The notes under the pieces are model-generated. The model was not told where the DNA came from. It did not search any database and was given only the letters and a program-made list of their open reading frames with translations. Made by a program: the position numbers and the translations under genes. A DNA stretch of 64,000 nt from Ruminococcus sp. (GTDB lineage: Bacteria > Bacillota > Clostridia > Oscillospirales > Acutalibacteraceae), in assembly GCA_017473955.1 (NCBI GenBank), contig JAFUIK010000035.1, positions 32,529 to 96,528 of the forward strand. Direction: 5' to 3'. Positions 60,753 to 64,000 of this stretch are shown here, in pieces (positions within the stretch are counted from its first letter, which is position 1; each line of letters opens with the position of its first letter).

Positions 60753-61559
60753 TTACTTTACAAGTGCAAGTTCGTACTTTTCAGCAAGTGCATCGAGTGT
60801 ACCGTCGCTCATAAGCTCAGCCATAACCTCGTTAATCTTAGCTGTGAGGTCAGAATCCTGTCTGCAAGCGATACCGTACTGCTCTGTGTTAAGCTTTAAA
60901 GCCTGTGTGAGGTCAGCGTAGCTTGTGCCCTCGCCTGTCATAGCGTTAGCCATAGTGATATCGATTACGCAAGCGTCAGATGAACCTGAAGCAACCTCGA
61001 GTAATGCATCGCTCTGTGCCTTAACTGCTGTGTAGTTAGCCCAACCGTTCTCTGTGATTGTAGCTTCACCTGCTGAACCAGCCTCTGCAGCGAATGAAAG
61101 GTCAGCCATTGACTCAGCGGTTGTGTACTTCTTAGCATTATCTGCTGTCATAACAACAACCTGAGCATTCTCAACGTATGGGTTAGTAACTGAAGCGTTA
61201 AGCTTAGCTTCCTCTGTGATTGTCATACCGTTCCAAATGCAGTCGATTGACTTGGAATCAAGCTCTAAGAACTTGTTGTCCCAGTTAATCTCAATAAACT
61301 CAACTGTAACACCGAGCTTCTCGCCTACAGCCTGAGCGAACTCTGTATCAAAGCCTGTCCACTCGCCGTTGTCATCCTTGTAGTTCATTGGAGCGTAGTC
61401 TGTGATACCTACAACAAGTGTACCCTTGTCCTGAATATATGCTAAATCTGAAGCTACTGCCTCGTCCTTTGTAGCATCCTGAGTTGTGTCGCCTGCACAA
61501 CCTACAAACAGAGCACTCATCATTAAAACTGCCATTACTAATGCGATAATTCTTTTCAT
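60753..61559 (-). CDS. Polar amino-acid ABC substrate-binding lipoprotein (canonical order)
   Basis: FVGC lipobox; LVVG...Y.PM, GFD.E.A, D.IWNGMT, EQYGI...DGT...LA.KY. Confidence 0.93.
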   Translation of the reverse strand: MKRIIALVMAVLMMSALFVGCAGDTTQDATKDEAVASDLAYIQDKGTLVVGITDYAPMNYKDDNGEWTGFDTEFAQAVGEKLGVTVEFIEINWDNKFLELDSKSIDCIWNGMTITEEAKLNASVTNPYVENAQVVVMTADNAKKYTTAESMADLSFAAEAGSAGEATITENGWANYTAVKAQSDALLEVASGSSDACVIDITMANAMTGEGTSYADLTQALKLNTEQYGIACRQDSDLTAKINEVMAELMSDGTLDALAEKYELALVK

Positions 61560-61760
61560 TGTTATTCTCCTTTGAATTAGTGTGTTACCATTTTAACGTT
61601 TTAGCACAGTAAAGTCAAGCGTCTTTTAAGCCAATCAATGTACAAGCCATCACAAATATTTTGTCTATTATGCACTAAAAAACCGCAAAGCAGGCTTTAA
61701 AACTCAAATTTTGAGATTTATCTCCTGCTCTGCGGTTACTATTATTCTATACAAGAATTA

Positions 61761-62882
61761 TTATGTATCTGTTTTAAATAAATCAAGTGAAATATTTCCT
61801 AATGTGCGATTTTTGATAATGAGAGCCACTCTGCGGATAATTATCTGCACAAGCTGTTTATCCTCGGATTTAACTGCACTGTTCTTTATCATATCGAAAA
61901 CCTTAGGTATAGCTTCGATAGACTTAAGCTCTGAAAAAGCCTTTATATTAGACGATTGAACGATATCCCCTAACATAGCAGTGAGTTGTTTTCTCTCTTC
62001 AAAGCTAAGACTTTCGATAAGCTCCTCAATAATCGCCTGTGAGTTTAAGCCTCGACTTGAGCGTTGTCGCATACGACTGAGTGTTGTGCCCTCTACTACC
62101 CAAGTGCTTGTTAGATGCTGTATCATAGAAATGTGCTTTGCACTTTCAACAACCACCTGAGGCGTAGCACTTGATAAAAGCATACCGATGATTGAGGCAT
62201 CAACTACATATTTTGTGGTTTTTGAAATAATTCGCTGATATTCCTCGCTTTCGGTAAAGTCACCATAAAAACCTGGACCGTCAAAATCGTAGACCTTTTT
62301 GAGTCTGTCAAAATGAACATCATACAAGTGAGCCGAAGCCCACACAGCAAGGTTTCCGCCCTTAGAATGACCGACAACGTAAATTGGTTTGTCAGTCAGT
62401 GAATCTGCGATATCGCAAAGGTATCGTCTTGCGTACTTCTGAGCAGGGATTACCCCTACTGCCATATTAAAATCCTCTTGCCAGCCAACCAAGCTGTCAT
62501 CAGTACCACGAAAGGCAACCACAGCCTCCCCACTCGGCAAAACAAAGGTTACGGCACTAAACTGGGTCTGCTCCTCTAAATCAATTATCGACTTGTAGTA
62601 CATCACCCTTACATTCTTATATCTTGCAGATGTGGCACACTGGCTCATCAACGGCAAGAACATACTGCCAAAACATTTAACATTTTTAACATCAGCGTAG
62701 ACCTGCTGTAAAGTCGGTGCACTTTCTAAAATCGCGGTATTTGCAAAATCTGCATCTTCAAGGTTGATATAAGCAAGTGACGCAAAAATCAGACAATCCA
62801 CTTCATTCAGCTTATCTCTCGTAAACTCAAGGTCACCTCTCCAATAAACGTAATCCGTCATTGTGTTTTTCTGGTTTTTCAT
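61761..62882 (-). CDS. DUF2974/Mbeg1-like alpha/beta hydrolase
   Basis: DY..WRGD, QF.A, AFRGTDD..VGW.EDF, GHSKGGNLA, FDGPGF. Confidence 0.9.
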   Translation of the reverse strand: MKNQKNTMTDYVYWRGDLEFTRDKLNEVDCLIFASLAYINLEDADFANTAILESAPTLQQVYADVKNVKCFGSMFLPLMSQCATSARYKNVRVMYYKSIIDLEEQTQFSAVTFVLPSGEAVVAFRGTDDSLVGWQEDFNMAVGVIPAQKYARRYLCDIADSLTDKPIYVVGHSKGGNLAVWASAHLYDVHFDRLKKVYDFDGPGFYGDFTESEEYQRIISKTTKYVVDASIIGMLLSSATPQVVVESAKHISMIQHLTSTWVVEGTTLSRMRQRSSRGLNSQAIIEELIESLSFEERKQLTAMLGDIVQSSNIKAFSELKSIEAIPKVFDMIKNSAVKSEDKQLVQIIIRRVALIIKNRTLGNISLDLFKTDT

Positions 62883-63032
62883 ATTATCACCTCACCACAT
62901 CAGTGTATATACAATTTATATTAAAAGTATAGCATAAACTTTCTTTTCACACAACACAAAAAGAGCGGCACAAAACCGCCCTTTGCGCTAAATTTTAATA
63001 AAAATGGAAGAAATTAAAATGCTAATTTAGAA

Positions 63033-63713
63033 TTATTCGGTTTTGATAATTGCATCAAAGCCTGCTTTTTTCAGCTTTGATACCAAAGCATCTGCATTAG
63101 TTTTATTAGAAAAAGCTCCTGCCTGTACATAATAGAGCTTCTTAGCCTCTCCTGTATCAGGTGCTGATGGTGCACTTGCTGGTGCTTTATAAGTCACACC
63201 GAAATAGTTACACATACCTTTTGCAATCGCCTCACCGATATTGTTGATATTGTTTCTAATCCAGTCAGAGCCTGTCTTCGTATCGTGGAACTCTACTTCA
63301 AGATACAAAGAAATTGCTGCAGGTGCTGACAGCTCATACAAATCCGTGCGATATCTCAATGCGTAATCCTTACCCGGTGAAATCTTGCCGACGGCATCGA
63401 GCAGAGCTTTACCTGCCTTATTATGCTCGGTTGAGCTTTTGTAAAGCATTACAAGCGTACCGCCTGTAGTTTTTGCATCAAACGCATTTGTGTGAATAGG
63501 CATATGGATATCAGCTTTAAAAGCGTCGGACTCACTACAGCGATTCTGCATTGTGTCACCGCTTTTGCCTAACTTTACAGAAAAACCGCAACGTGTCAGT
63601 GCGGTATATGCGGCTTTTGCGATTTTGTCGCACTGAGCCATTTCATTAGTACCGCCCGTTGCATATTTATTACCGCCCTGATTAGATGGTGAAAGATAAA
63701 TTTTATATGCCAT
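63033..63713 (-). CDS. N-acetylmuramoyl-L-alanine amidase (Amidase_3-like) with SPOR domain
   Basis: IYLSPS.Q, E, IHTNA, LEVEFHD; YYVQAGAFS.K.NA..L..KLK.AGF. Confidence 0.85.
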   Translation of the reverse strand: MAYKIYLSPSNQGGNKYATGGTNEMAQCDKIAKAAYTALTRCGFSVKLGKSGDTMQNRCSESDAFKADIHMPIHTNAFDAKTTGGTLVMLYKSSTEHNKAGKALLDAVGKISPGKDYALRYRTDLYELSAPAAISLYLEVEFHDTKTGSDWIRNNINNIGEAIAKGMCNYFGVTYKAPASAPSAPDTGEAKKLYYVQAGAFSNKTNADALVSKLKKAGFDAIIKTE

Positions 63714-63715
63714 AC

Positions 63716-63991
63716 TTAACCCTCCTTTGGTTTATCGTATTCCAGAGCATCTTTACTGTCACATACACCCTTTGTTGTCGGGTCGATTATAGCGTTATAC
63801 ACAGCAGAAATCACCGCCACTACTACAACAGGGTTAGACACAGCATTATATAATGCTTGCCACAACTGTGACCACGAAGCAATACTCTCAACAGTAAGTC
63901 CGAGCTGAGCCGAAACAGTAGCAACAACTGCTACAACTATACCAACCCAGAACATCGGATTTTTGAAACGTACTTTCCAGTTTATTTTCAT
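63716..63991 (-). CDS. Phage holin (phi LC3-like)
   Basis: INWKVRFKN..FW, IIDPTT.G..DS..AL.Y..P. Confidence 0.9.
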   Translation of the reverse strand: MKINWKVRFKNPMFWVGIVVAVVATVSAQLGLTVESIASWSQLWQALYNAVSNPVVVVAVISAVYNAIIDPTTKGVCDSKDALEYDKPKEG

Positions 63992-64000
63992 ATACATCCT

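Noticed and set aside
36358-64000. Genomic island integrated at tRNA-Leu
   Set aside because: No integrase and no distal copy of the tRNA 3' end was noticed; downstream genes resemble the host secretome.

Overview
A 64-kb chromosomal window from a Clostridia genome, most likely a Ruminococcus bromii-like organism (inferred from dockerin style, starch-binding-type modules, and the rplU-prp-rpmA-obgE and rpsF-ssb-rpsR gene orders). Housekeeping genes (typA, aconitase, icd, rex, ribosomal proteins, folD, lgt, an M16 peptidase pair, tRNA-Leu, two amino-acid ABC systems) are interleaved with large secreted proteins, five of which end in dockerins. Two candidate undescribed systems stand out. (1) 11775-21258: a 2417-aa anchorless surface protein is followed 14 nt later by a 46-aa ORF missing from the supplied track (13850-13990). 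It carries a YxxP RiPP-type leader, and a stand-alone PqqD/RRE gene and an HPr-kinase-like protein with a dead P-loop lie just downstream. No classical maturase is present. (2) 36929-47354: a secreted UGSC-type CxCxxC redox protein is paired with a 2439-aa paralog fused to carbohydrate-binding-like modules, a CotH kinase and a dockerin. A second CotH-dockerin paralog lies at 21722-25654. Other oddities are tRNA-linked ~215-bp tandem repeats, a circularly permuted ABC binding protein, a probably inactive GH25 fused to a D,D-carboxypeptidase, REP-like palindromes, a 40-bp alternating purine/pyrimidine tract and phased operator-like repeats. All family calls come from motif recognition by eye; no database searches were run.
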